Below, piece after piece: positions 48,105 to 58,100 of a stretch of 64,000 bases of DNA. A program made the position numbers and the translations under genes. Each line of letters begins with the position of its first letter. Positions within the stretch are counted from its first letter, which is position 1. The DNA lies in assembly GCA_963674695.2 (NCBI GenBank), contig CAXXGI010000001.1, positions 640,001 through 704,000 of the forward strand, in the 5' to 3' direction. A model generated the notes under the pieces. It made no database searches. It worked only from the letters and a program-made list of their open reading frames with translations, and was not told where the DNA came from. The DNA is from a bacterium (GTDB lineage: Bacteria > UBA10199 > 2-02-FULL-44-16 > JAAZCA01).

Positions 48105-49325
48105 CTATGAATATTGCGGCATAAGGTCAATGGCTCGCTGCATAAAGTCGATTGCTGCAGCGCCTGCCCATGGAAGAAATCGCACACTCCGACCATCGCA
48201 GGTGACCATCTCCTCCACGTTATCGTTAAAGACAATCGCCTCCGGCGCATCCTGATACGCCTGGAGAAATTTTTTCAGCCCTTCAGGCACCACAGCCCTT
48301 TTGAGGCCGGACTTCACTTCAATCGGATAGGGTACTCGATTTTTGACAACGATAAAATCGACCTCGTCCCCCCTCTTTGTTCGCCAAAAACGAAGCTCCA
48401 TGTTCGCCTTGAGCTGCCGAACAATATTCAAGGCAACAAAACTCTCTTTGAGGAAACCGGCATCCCCTCGCTCTGCAAGGGGCTGGAAATCCTTCACCAG
48501 GCTGTTTCGAATGCCCATATCGAAGAGGAAGTGCTTTCTCGATTTTTTCAACTCATTTCCAAGGTTACGGGCATAGCTCGGCACCATATGACAAACGTAG
48601 GTCTGTGAGAGAATTTCGAGATAGCGCTCCACCGTCGGCTTTGACATGCCGATCTCTCCCGCAAGATTCGATGATACGATGATCGAACCCTGTTGTTCAG
48701 CGAGAAGATACATCAGCTGATTGAAGGCGCGGACATTTTCCTCGCGCACCAATCCCTTGATGTCTCTATTCACATAGGTGGCAACGATTGTCTGAAGCTC
48801 GTTCGGGATGTCCTCATTGCTCTTCAAATTGACAAGGCCGGGCATCCCTCCCGCCACCAGCGCCTGCTCTTTTTGATATCGCGGCTGCTGCTCGAGTTCA
48901 GTCAGAGAAAGCGGGTAGATACGATTGAAGAGAATCCTTCCCGCAAGACTCTCCTTGAGATGCGTGTGCATCTCCATCGCCGACGACCCGGAGGCAAATA
49001 TTTTGATCCGTTTTTTTCTGCTGTCGAAGATTGCCTTGAAGATATGAGAGATATTTTTCAGGAGGTAGAGTTCGTCGACGAAGACAACATCGCCGCTCGA
49101 CGTCAGCACATCAAACTGCTCCTTGTCTGTCGCACCGAGTGCGAGGAGATCGTCCGGCACTTCGAGATTTAAATACCGCGTTTTCAGCCCTCGCCGCCTG
49201 GCTTCCGTTTCGAGTTCGCGGAGCAAAAATGTCTTTCCCACCTGGCGCGGCCCCACCAGGACCGAGATCTTCGGATCATCAAATTGAGCCATTAAGTCAT
49301 TGATAACGCTACGCTTTATTTTCAT
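48105..49325 (-). CDS. AAA ATPase with DUF4143 (C-terminal PD-(D/E)XK-like domain)
   Basis: GPRQVGKT, FVDE, SGSS, LAGR, GGMP and FWRT...EVDF...IEVK motifs. Confidence 0.9.
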   Translation of the reverse strand: MKIKRSVINDLMAQFDDPKISVLVGPRQVGKTFLLRELETEARRRGLKTRYLNLEVPDDLLALGATDKEQFDVLTSSGDVVFVDELYLLKNISHIFKAIFDSRKKRIKIFASGSSAMEMHTHLKESLAGRILFNRIYPLSLTELEQQPRYQKEQALVAGGMPGLVNLKSNEDIPNELQTIVATYVNRDIKGLVREENVRAFNQLMYLLAEQQGSIIVSSNLAGEIGMSKPTVERYLEILSQTYVCHMVPSYARNLGNELKKSRKHFLFDMGIRNSLVKDFQPLAERGDAGFLKESFVALNIVRQLKANMELRFWRTKRGDEVDFIVVKNRVPYPIEVKSGLKRAVVPEGLKKFLQAYQDAPEAIVFNDNVEEMVTCDGRSVRFLPWAGAAAIDFMQRAIDLMPQYS

Positions 49326-49449
49326 AAAACCATTGTAACCCCACACTTTACAATGGTCAATCCCCTTTTCCCCGGCATTGCCATGACCCGCACCTTCATG
49401 ACCTCGATTTGGACTTTTCAGATTTTCAATGATACGGTGTCCATCAGAT

Positions 49450-50865
49450 ATGCAGACAAGCGAACCGAAAAGAAACAAGCGGGTGCTGGGCGTCTTCGCC
49501 ATCACGATGATCAACATGTGCATCGTCTTCAGCGTCCGCGGCTTTCCGCTGCTGGCTGAAGAAGGCCTCTCGCTCGTCTTCTATCTGCTTTTTTCGGCGC
49601 TGACCTTTCTCATCCCCGCATCGCTCATCAGCGCGGAGCTCGCCAGCGCCTGGCCTCCCCGGGGCCCCGGCGGCGTCTACATCTGGACGCGGGAGGCGTT
49701 CGGCACCCGGCTCGCATTCCTTGCCGTCTGGTTTCAATGGATCTCGGCGGTCGTCTGGTTTCCGACCGTCCTGTCGTTCATCGCGGCCACCATCGCCTAC
49801 ATCTTCGACCCCGCACTGGCGTCGAACAAACACTTCATCCTCTTCGTCGTCCTGGGGATCTACTGGCTGGCCACCCTCGGCAATTTCCTCGGCATGAAGG
49901 AAGTGGAGTGGATCGGCACGCTCGGTGTCATCAGCACGTTCACCGTAGCGGGTTTTATTATCGTATTGGGAGTAGCCTGGTTTCTCCAAGGAAACCCCGC
50001 TCAGATCTCGCTGACGCTGCACGACCTCGTCCCCGACCTGAGCAACATCGACAACATCGTCTTCCTGGCGGGGGTCATGGTCATCATCTCCGGCATCGAG
50101 ATCACCTCCGTTCACAGCGACGCCATCATCGACCCGAAACGAACGCTGCCGAAGGCGATCATGCTCTCGGCCTTTCTCTCCATCAGTCTGCTCATCCTCG
50201 GCTCGCTCTCGCTCGCACTCGTCGTCCCACAAAAGGAGATCAGCCTGGTCGCTGGACTGATGGAGGCATTCCATCTCTTCTTCCGCGCCTACCACCTGGA
50301 ATGGCTCGTTCCGGTCTTGGCGGTGCTCGTCGTCGTCGGTTCACTAGGAGAGGTCAGCTCCTGGATCCTGGGGCCCAGCAAGGGGCTCTTCGTCTCATCG
50401 CGCGACGGCGTGCTGCCGCCGTTTTTTCGGCGCACCAATCGCAAGGGCATTCCGACCAACATCCTCATCATCCAAGCCCTGATCGTCACCGCGCTGATGT
50501 TCGTCTTCCTCTTCATGCCGAACATCAACAGTGCCTACTGGATCTTGACCGCGATGAATGCGCAGCTCTACCTGATCATGTACATCATCATGTTTCTCGC
50601 CGCGCTCGTGTTGCGGATCACACGGCCGGAGGTTCCACGCCCATTCAGAATCGGCGGCGGGCATGTCGGCATCTTTGCCATCGTCGGCATCGCCGTCGCG
50701 GGAGCACTGTTTACCCTGATCATCGGCTTCTTCTCGCCGAGTCAGATCGAGACGGGCAGCATCGCCTTTTACGAAACTTTTCTCATCGGCGGCATGGGCA
50801 CGATATCCGCCATCGCCCTTCTCATCTACGCCCTGCGCAAGCCGCATTGGATGCATGAGGGATAG
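49450..50865 (+). CDS. APC-family amino-acid antiporter, GadC-like
   Basis: About 12 TM segments; AEL.S.WP..GGVYIW.REAFG, W.LGPSKG and RPFRI motifs. Confidence 0.88.
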   Translation: MQTSEPKRNKRVLGVFAITMINMCIVFSVRGFPLLAEEGLSLVFYLLFSALTFLIPASLISAELASAWPPRGPGGVYIWTREAFGTRLAFLAVWFQWISAVVWFPTVLSFIAATIAYIFDPALASNKHFILFVVLGIYWLATLGNFLGMKEVEWIGTLGVISTFTVAGFIIVLGVAWFLQGNPAQISLTLHDLVPDLSNIDNIVFLAGVMVIISGIEITSVHSDAIIDPKRTLPKAIMLSAFLSISLLILGSLSLALVVPQKEISLVAGLMEAFHLFFRAYHLEWLVPVLAVLVVVGSLGEVSSWILGPSKGLFVSSRDGVLPPFFRRTNRKGIPTNILIIQALIVTALMFVFLFMPNINSAYWILTAMNAQLYLIMYIIMFLAALVLRITRPEVPRPFRIGGGHVGIFAIVGIAVAGALFTLIIGFFSPSQIETGSIAFYETFLIGGMGTISAIALLIYALRKPHWMHEG

Positions 50866-50889
50866 GCTACGGTTCGAGAATAAAATCAC

Positions 50890-51198
50890 CTAGCTGACGT
50901 TGAGCTCCGCATCGAGCCCGGACATCTTGAAGGTCTTCATGAGATACGGGCTCGTGTTGCAGATCGAGAAGTTCTCGGTGCCGACCTCTTTGGCGGTCTG
51001 CAAGCAGATGCGGATGAACGCCGAGGCGACATATTCGACGTCGTTCATGTCGAAAACGACCTTGAACGAAGACGACGACATCCCCTCCAGCTTCTCCTGC
51101 ATACGCTTGGCCACCTCCAGCGAGGTCGGGCTATCGAGCCGCCCTTCGAAGGCACAGCGGAGCGTGGCGGTCGCATCGTCGAAGGAAAAGTGAATCAT
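50890..51198 (-). CDS. STAS anti-anti-sigma factor
   Basis: GRLD, FDM..VEYVASAFIR and FKMSGLD motifs. Confidence 0.88.
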   Translation of the reverse strand: MIHFSFDDATATLRCAFEGRLDSPTSLEVAKRMQEKLEGMSSSSFKVVFDMNDVEYVASAFIRICLQTAKEVGTENFSICNTSPYLMKTFKMSGLDAELNVS

Positions 51199-51213
51199 AA
51201 TGTGGTCCTCCCG

Positions 51214-52638
51214 TTAACCTCGATAGGCGTTGATGATGTCGTCGGCTGAGAGCGTTTCATCCAGCAGCCGATCGTCGGCGATGGCAAGCCAACGCTCGTT
51301 CGGCTTCCGATAACACAGCTTCTTGACGTTGATGAGGTGGCGCGCCGTAATATTTTCCGCCGTGATGTTTTTCCCCCCCGATCCACAGCCGAGCGTGAGC
51401 GAGGTGTGCAGCTGATTAAAGACACCGCCGACGCCCCCCTGTGAGGAGGGGGTGTTCACGACCACGCGTCCGGCGTCCATCAAGCGACCGAATGCGGAAA
51501 TCTTTTCCTCGTCGGTCGAATAGATACTCGCCGTATGTCCGATGCCACCGCGGTAGTTGAGCGCGATGCAGTGCTTGAGCGCGTCGTCGAAGTCATCGCA
51601 CTCGTACCAGGCCAAAATCGGCGCCAGGATTTCCCCGGAGAGCGGATCGTCCGCTCCGATCTTCTGCTGCGGTGCCATGAGACAGCGCGTCCCGTCCGGC
51701 ACCGTGATGCCGGCCAGCTCGGCAACCGCCGCAACGGAGCGGCCGACGATCTTCGGGCTCATGAGCCCCGTCTCCGGACGAATGACGACGGCCTCGAGCT
51801 TTTTCACGGCATCCGGGTCGAGGAAAAACGCGCCCTGCTTTTCAAAGGCGCTGCGCGCTTCGTCGGCGATCGCGCGCTCGACGACGATCGCCTGTTCGCT
51901 CGCGCAGACGGTTCCATTATCGAACGTCTTGGACAGCAGGATGTTCTCAACCGCGAAGGGAATGTCCGCCGAGCGCTCGATAAAAACGGGGACATTCCCG
52001 GAGCCCACGCCGATGGCGGGCGTGCCGGAGCTATACGCGGCCTTAACGAGCGAGGGGCCGCCGGTGGCCAGCACGAGCGCCGTGCGCGCATCCGACATGA
52101 GCGCATGCGTCAGCTCGCGCGAACTCTCCGGCACCCACTGGATGCAATCTTCGGGAGCATCCGCGGAGAGCGCCGCCTCATAGCAGATACGAGCCGCTTC
52201 GGTGGAACACTTCGGCGCACCGCGATGCGGCGAAAAGATGATGGGGTTCTGCGACTTGAGCGCAATGAGTGCCTTGAAGATGACGGTCGCGGTCGGGTTC
52301 GTCACCGGGATGACCGCGACGATCGGCCCGAGCGGCTGCGCGATTTCGACGATGCCGCGCTGTTCATCACGGGCGATGACGCCCACGGTCTTCTGATCGC
52401 GAATGTCCTCAAAGACGAGTTCGGCCGCCAGCGTGTTCTTGATGACCTTGTGCTGCCAGATGCCGATCCCCGTCTCCTCCACCGCCATGCGGGCGAGCTT
52501 GATGCGCGCATCGAGGGCGGCCCGGCAGACGGCTTCGACGATGCGATCCGTCTCCTCCTGATTCAGCTGGGAGAAGATACCGGCCGCGATCGATGCTCGT
52601 TCGAGAATTCCGTCTGCGATTTGCTGTGCGTCACCCAT
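51214..52638 (-). CDS. CoA-acylating aldehyde dehydrogenase (stand-alone AdhE N-terminal type)
   Basis: PVTNPT, ATGG, GVGSGN, SKTFDNGTVCASEQ and SLTLGCGS motifs. Confidence 0.92.
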   Translation of the reverse strand: MGDAQQIADGILERASIAAGIFSQLNQEETDRIVEAVCRAALDARIKLARMAVEETGIGIWQHKVIKNTLAAELVFEDIRDQKTVGVIARDEQRGIVEIAQPLGPIVAVIPVTNPTATVIFKALIALKSQNPIIFSPHRGAPKCSTEAARICYEAALSADAPEDCIQWVPESSRELTHALMSDARTALVLATGGPSLVKAAYSSGTPAIGVGSGNVPVFIERSADIPFAVENILLSKTFDNGTVCASEQAIVVERAIADEARSAFEKQGAFFLDPDAVKKLEAVVIRPETGLMSPKIVGRSVAAVAELAGITVPDGTRCLMAPQQKIGADDPLSGEILAPILAWYECDDFDDALKHCIALNYRGGIGHTASIYSTDEEKISAFGRLMDAGRVVVNTPSSQGGVGGVFNQLHTSLTLGCGSGGKNITAENITARHLINVKKLCYRKPNERWLAIADDRLLDETLSADDIINAYRG

Positions 52639-52639
52639 G

Positions 52640-55015
52640 TCACTCCTCCACGCGTTTGATGAGCGTCAGTCGGTTTTCGTTTCCGACGCGCTCATAGTGG
52701 ATATCGTCCATCACCTGGCGAGCGAAATGAATGCCCAGCCCGCCGATCGGCCGATCCTTGGCGCTCTGTTCGAGGTCCGGCGTTTTTGCCTCAAGCGGAT
52801 TGAAGGGGCGACCGGTATCCGTCACCGCAATGGAAAGCGTTCCATCCTTGAGCAAAAAATCGATGGCGATCGTCGCCTCCTGCCCCTCTGTATACCCGAA
52901 CTGAATGGTGTTGGAAACCATCTCTTCGACGGCAAGGCACAGATCGTTGCGCACCTCGCGCGACCAGCCGCGGTGTTTTCCCCAGGCCTCTATCTCAACA
53001 GCGATCTGCGGAATGTCGTTGAGATCGTTGCGGAGGATCACGGAGCGGCTTTCCGTGTTCGAGCCGATGGAGGCCCGTGCCGCGCGGCGATCGAAGCGAA
53101 AGGCGAGCAAGGCGACATCGTCGGGCTGATGCCGGCCCGTCGCAAATTCCCGCACATCGTCGCAGAGCAGGGCGATCAGCTGCTCCGGATCCTTTCCACG
53201 CAATCGATCGAGCTCTTGCAGCAGCCGTTCCTCGGAGTAGATCTCGCCGGCGCGATTGACGATATCGGTGATGCCATCGGTATAGAGCAGCATCGTATCG
53301 CCATCGGCGAGCTGAATTTTGCGACGCGCGTAGGGAGCATCGCTGCGAATGCCAAGCGGGATGCCGACGCTCATCTCGAGCAGCTGTGCCGATGCCTCGC
53401 CGTGCAGCAGAATTGGCGGAGGATGACCCGCGCAGGCGAACTGGAGCATGCCGGAGGCAGTATCAAGGACGGCGCAGAAGACGGTGACGAACATGCCGGT
53501 CTGTTGCTTCGCGGTCAGCTCCCGATTGACCGCTGCGAGCAGGTCGTCGGGGTGCCGAACCGTTCGCGCCGCCGCCTTGAGCAGCGTGCTCGTGATCGCC
53601 ATGACGAGCGCGGCGTGCACGCCCTTATCGGCGACATCGGCGATGACGAAACAGAGGCGATTCTCGTCCAGGGGAAAGACGTCGTAGAGATCGCCCCCCA
53701 TCTCTCGGGCAGTCTGGAGAAATCCAGCGACGTGAACGGAGCGGTACGGTGCGATGGCCTCGAAGTCCTTGGGGATGATCCCCATCTGAATTTCGTGGGC
53801 TATCGCCAACTCGCTCGCGATGCGCTCCCGTTCGGCGGTGGCCCGGGTGAGCTTCGCGATGTAGGCGCGCAACTCGTCGCGCATGTGGTTGAAGGAGCGC
53901 GCGAGGCCTTCGACTTCGTCGCCGGAACGAATGTGCGGTATCTTCGCATCGAGATTGCCACGGGCAATTTCACGGGCGAGCTGAGAGAGGGAAACGAGCG
54001 GTCCGGTGATGCGCTTCGAAACGAACACCACCACGATGAAGAGAATCACGAGTCCTGCGATCGCCAGCGAGATGATCACGCGGCGCATCGCGTTGATTTC
54101 GGAGAGGATCCGATCCTGTTGAAAGACAGCGGCCACGGACCAGCCGTCGCTGCTGATCGGCGCGTAGAAGATCCAGGCGCGCTTCCCCGTAATGGGATCG
54201 TCGATATAGGCCTCGCCCGCCTGGCTCGCGGACATCTCTCGGGCGACCCGCGCCAAGGCATCGTCCTGCTGGGTTGCGGCCAAATCCGGCAGCGTCTCTT
54301 TCAGCGCAACGCCCTTCTCCGGAAAGGTGATGATAAGCCCGTCGTTCGAGACGAGCATGGCATAGGCGCCCCACGTGAGCTTCCGCCCGGAGACCATCTT
54401 CTGCATCTTCGCGATCGAGATATCCGCGGCGATCACGCCTTGAAAAATCTCTCGTCCATCGACCGTACGCGAGAAGGGCTGGGCGTATCGCAGGACCGGC
54501 GGGTGTTCTCCCGCGGGATCCTGAAGGGGTTCGCTCACGAAATTGGCGTTTTTTGTTTTCGGAATCTGAAACCAAGCCTTCGAAAGGACGTCAGCCTCCA
54601 AATCCTTCGGTGCTCCGAATACGATCTGACCATCCTGGCGAGAGCAGGAGATCACGAGGGGGGCAGCAGCCTCCGTCAGGTCGTCGGGGTCGAAGGCGAT
54701 GATGAGCCGAACGATCTCGGGGTTGTTCTGCACGACGGCACCGAGCATGGCCTGAATGTTGTCTCGCTCGCCAGGAGCGTTGGTGAGGTAGAACTCGAGC
54801 GCCTTCGGCGTCTGCTGCAGATAACTGAAGGAGTCGTCGATGTCCTCGATGATCGCTTCGACGGTGAATCGACCGATCTGGGAGATGTCCTTGAAGACGA
54901 TTCGACGGGTGAGCAGGTAGTTGACGAGGAAGATGGCGACGAAGATGAGCGCCGTGCTCGAAAGAATCGAGACGATCAGCTTGAAGGTCAGACCCCGATT
55001 ACGCCAGGTGAACAT
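52640..55015 (-). CDS. Cache-HAMP-PP2C phosphatase fused to an RsbW-like HATPase (paralog of 31459-33825)
   Basis: RNRGLTFKL start matches the paralog's RNRGIAFKL; GGDLYD, DVADKG, TDG, DD, EEMVSN and GGLGI motifs. Confidence 0.9.
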   Translation of the reverse strand: MFTWRNRGLTFKLIVSILSSTALIFVAIFLVNYLLTRRIVFKDISQIGRFTVEAIIEDIDDSFSYLQQTPKALEFYLTNAPGERDNIQAMLGAVVQNNPEIVRLIIAFDPDDLTEAAAPLVISCSRQDGQIVFGAPKDLEADVLSKAWFQIPKTKNANFVSEPLQDPAGEHPPVLRYAQPFSRTVDGREIFQGVIAADISIAKMQKMVSGRKLTWGAYAMLVSNDGLIITFPEKGVALKETLPDLAATQQDDALARVAREMSASQAGEAYIDDPITGKRAWIFYAPISSDGWSVAAVFQQDRILSEINAMRRVIISLAIAGLVILFIVVVFVSKRITGPLVSLSQLAREIARGNLDAKIPHIRSGDEVEGLARSFNHMRDELRAYIAKLTRATAERERIASELAIAHEIQMGIIPKDFEAIAPYRSVHVAGFLQTAREMGGDLYDVFPLDENRLCFVIADVADKGVHAALVMAITSTLLKAAARTVRHPDDLLAAVNRELTAKQQTGMFVTVFCAVLDTASGMLQFACAGHPPPILLHGEASAQLLEMSVGIPLGIRSDAPYARRKIQLADGDTMLLYTDGITDIVNRAGEIYSEERLLQELDRLRGKDPEQLIALLCDDVREFATGRHQPDDVALLAFRFDRRAARASIGSNTESRSVILRNDLNDIPQIAVEIEAWGKHRGWSREVRNDLCLAVEEMVSNTIQFGYTEGQEATIAIDFLLKDGTLSIAVTDTGRPFNPLEAKTPDLEQSAKDRPIGGLGIHFARQVMDDIHYERVGNENRLTLIKRVEE

Positions 55016-55167
55016 GCGCCTCCCCCGTGAGCGGCAAGAGTACCGGGAGAGGGTGCCGACAACAACTGGTTTCTTGAGAGAGCGGCAAACCATGAGATAA
55101 ACACATCAGACACAGCAAATGACGGCGGTGGGTGGTGAATGGTTTGATTCGGAAGCATCACCTGCCC

Positions 55168-58100
55168 CTATTCACCTTTGGGAAGGGGTGCGGAGATGAT
55201 GACGCGGTTGGTGGAATCGCTTGTGTCCGGATGCCCCATAAGGTGATCGTGACCGGCGCCATCGCGATAGGTGGCCATGTCGTACATTCCGGTATCCATA
55301 TACAGCGCCTTTTTCACCCCTGCGGCGAGCGAGAGGCGCACCAGGTCTGCTGTGGTCATGCTCTGACTCGAATCGATCACGCCGAAGCGCCCATCGTCGT
55401 ATTCGACAAAAAAGCGCCGTGACGTACGACCGTCATCGGGAATGAGGTGCACCTCTTCATCGTTGATCAGCAGCATCGTGGACAGCAGGCTCAATCGCTT
55501 TTCGCGCAGAATTCCGATGAAGAGCGATTTGTCCCGTATATTGGAGAAGGGCTGAAGCGTCGCGCTCAGCACCTCATCAAGAGTTTTCATGTTGGCGCGC
55601 TTGCCGTTGAGCCACTTCAAGCACAGCGACTTGATGTGCTCGTCTTCCAGATCCGCCTTATCCAGGAGCATGGATAGTTTCACCGCACGTTTATCAAGAA
55701 TGCGTACCTGCCCATCTCTCCTCACGAGCAGCAATCCATCCTTCCCATCAGCGGTGAGCAACCAATTCATCTGCTTGCCATCGCGAAACGCAAATTCGGT
55801 CAGCTTGCGATTGCCGGTGGTAAAGGTCATCGGTGCGGAAAAAACATAGCGATTCCCGAGCTCAGCAATCGCGCCTTCCGTGTCGACCAATCCGTCGCGC
55901 TCCACCAGCACACCGACACGGGCGTGCGCGCGATCGCACTTGATCACCTTCGCAACTTCGAGGGAGCCGCGCATCACGCTCATGACCTCCACGCCCGGAC
56001 GCGACGGCCACTGCGCAACTTCAAACCGCACCTGTGAGGCAGCAGCGATCGTGTCGGTCTGGTCGTCGAGCTTTTTCTGCGCCGCACGGGAAAGCGCATA
56101 TTGCGGATGACTGATGATGCGATTGGCGAACTTCGCTGCATCACTGGGTCGACGATAAACGGGCAAGTTGCGGGCCTGCAATTCGGCCAACAGATCATCC
56201 AAAATAATGCCCTGCAACGCCAGTTCATCAGCAAATTGTTGTTCATCCTGTTTGAGCCCTCGGCGAACGCGTTCGGCGATCATGGAATATCCAAACTGTG
56301 CATATTGCTGGTAGAGCCCCTGCACATCTTGCTGGACATAGATGCCATTTGAAAGAGACCATGCACGCGAAAAATTCAACAGCTCACCGATTGACTTGGG
56401 ATGTTTATGATCGCTTTCGAGATACGACGTTCCGATACTGTCGACGACCTCATCGCCCATAACCTTGTTGCGCATATTGATCGAGACGCGCATCGCTTCC
56501 AATGCGCCGATGTCCATCATCAATTCGGAATTACCGCCTTTGAGAAAAATCTCCGCCAGATCGATCTCATAAAAACGGTTGTTCATATATCGCGTCGCCG
56601 CGAGGTTTCCGTATTCCTTCATCAGCCGTACCAACTCCAGATAGTCGCCGAGCGTTCCGAGATCGCCTAAATGTGTCACCGATATCTCTTCCACGTCCAA
56701 CTGCCCGGCCAACCACATGATCTCCGATTCATAGTCGTTTAGCTTTGGCACCTCTTCAAAAACATCAACCAGGTCAGCGCGCAACGACACCGGCGCAAGC
56801 ACGGGTGCATCATCATGGGCGTCATCGGCTTTTTGCCGATACGTGTGCGCATCGAGCAATACCTTCAAAAGCGCTGTGACCTCTGAGAGATTGTTTTGGG
56901 TCACATCGATGCGACCGGTGCGCACACTGACCCAGGGCTTGAGTGTCCGAGCAACCGCTCCACGCTTTTGCATTTCCTTCAACAAAATGCGTTCAAAGAG
57001 CATCTTTCGAAACTTTGGGCTGACAGCGTTGGCAAAGGCATAGACCTTCTGAGCCTGGCTGGCGATGGAAAGCCCCTGAAGCTGCTGTGCCGCTTTGTCG
57101 AAACGCACCTCCTTGAAGAAAGCTTCCGATTCGCTGGCATACTGGCTATCGAGCCCACGAAAGAATGCGGCATAGACTTCACGTTTGGAAAGATCGATAT
57201 CGCGCAGATCCGCACCGTCGCGCGGATCCTCGACAAAATCCCTCCAGGTCGTTTCTTCCTCCTTCACGTTAAGCCACCACAGACGAAAAGCAGAGCAGCC
57301 AACGAGCTCGAGAAAGGGCAGATAGGGAATAAGCTCCACCTTTGCGACCGAAGCATGCGCGACAAAGCGCTTGACGATCGGCGAGTAGGGAACGTTTTGC
57401 AGTGCCTTGAGAATTGTTGTCGCGGTTGCAAGATCGGTGGATGCAAAGACCTCTTCCACGAGTTCTGGGCGCTGCTCGAAGAGCTGACGAGGAATAGCGT
57501 CAATGCTCTTCAGGAGCTTTTTCAGGTACGCGATGCCAGCACAGTTATCGGATTCTTCCTGCTCGAATATGATGCGCACCAAGCGGGCCACTCGCTTCGG
57601 GTCTGCTGCATAGAGCTCATATTCACGCAGGAGCACCATGAGCATGCGTGCGATCATCTCCTTGCGTTCATCGCCGGCAAGGGTGCGGTCGAGGGAGAAC
57701 AGGCAATTGGAGATAATGTCGCTTGCACTGCGCGTTTCCGGGTCGGCATAGTCCGGATGGTTTTCGCTGTGACGTTCACAGCATGCGCTTTGTCGAGGCA
57801 GCATGCCGACGAGTTCGTTTGCGAGCGCGAGCGCGCTCTCAAGATGTTCGATGTCCGGCGTGACAGTGCCACCTGCGGCCCGACTTCCGAAGAGGATGCC
57901 GGAAAGCGTGGCTACGTCGCGGACATCGTTCATACCATTTGCGAGCGAAAAGAAGATGTCCGCACGACGGCGAAGCTCTTCAGGGCTTCCCTTGGCGCCC
58001 CCCAGGTTATAATAGGTGTTATCGCCAATGCCCAGCCTCTTGGAAAACGCACTGAGGGAACTATCCTCCGCCCACAACGCGGCACCAAAGCGATCCAGAA

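Noticed and set aside
604-55030. Long antisense or alternative-frame ORFs (e.g. 604-2349, 6353-7789, 24673-26370, 38761-40176, 52637-55030)
   Set aside because: They are shadows of well-supported genes in high-GC DNA and show no recognisable motifs.
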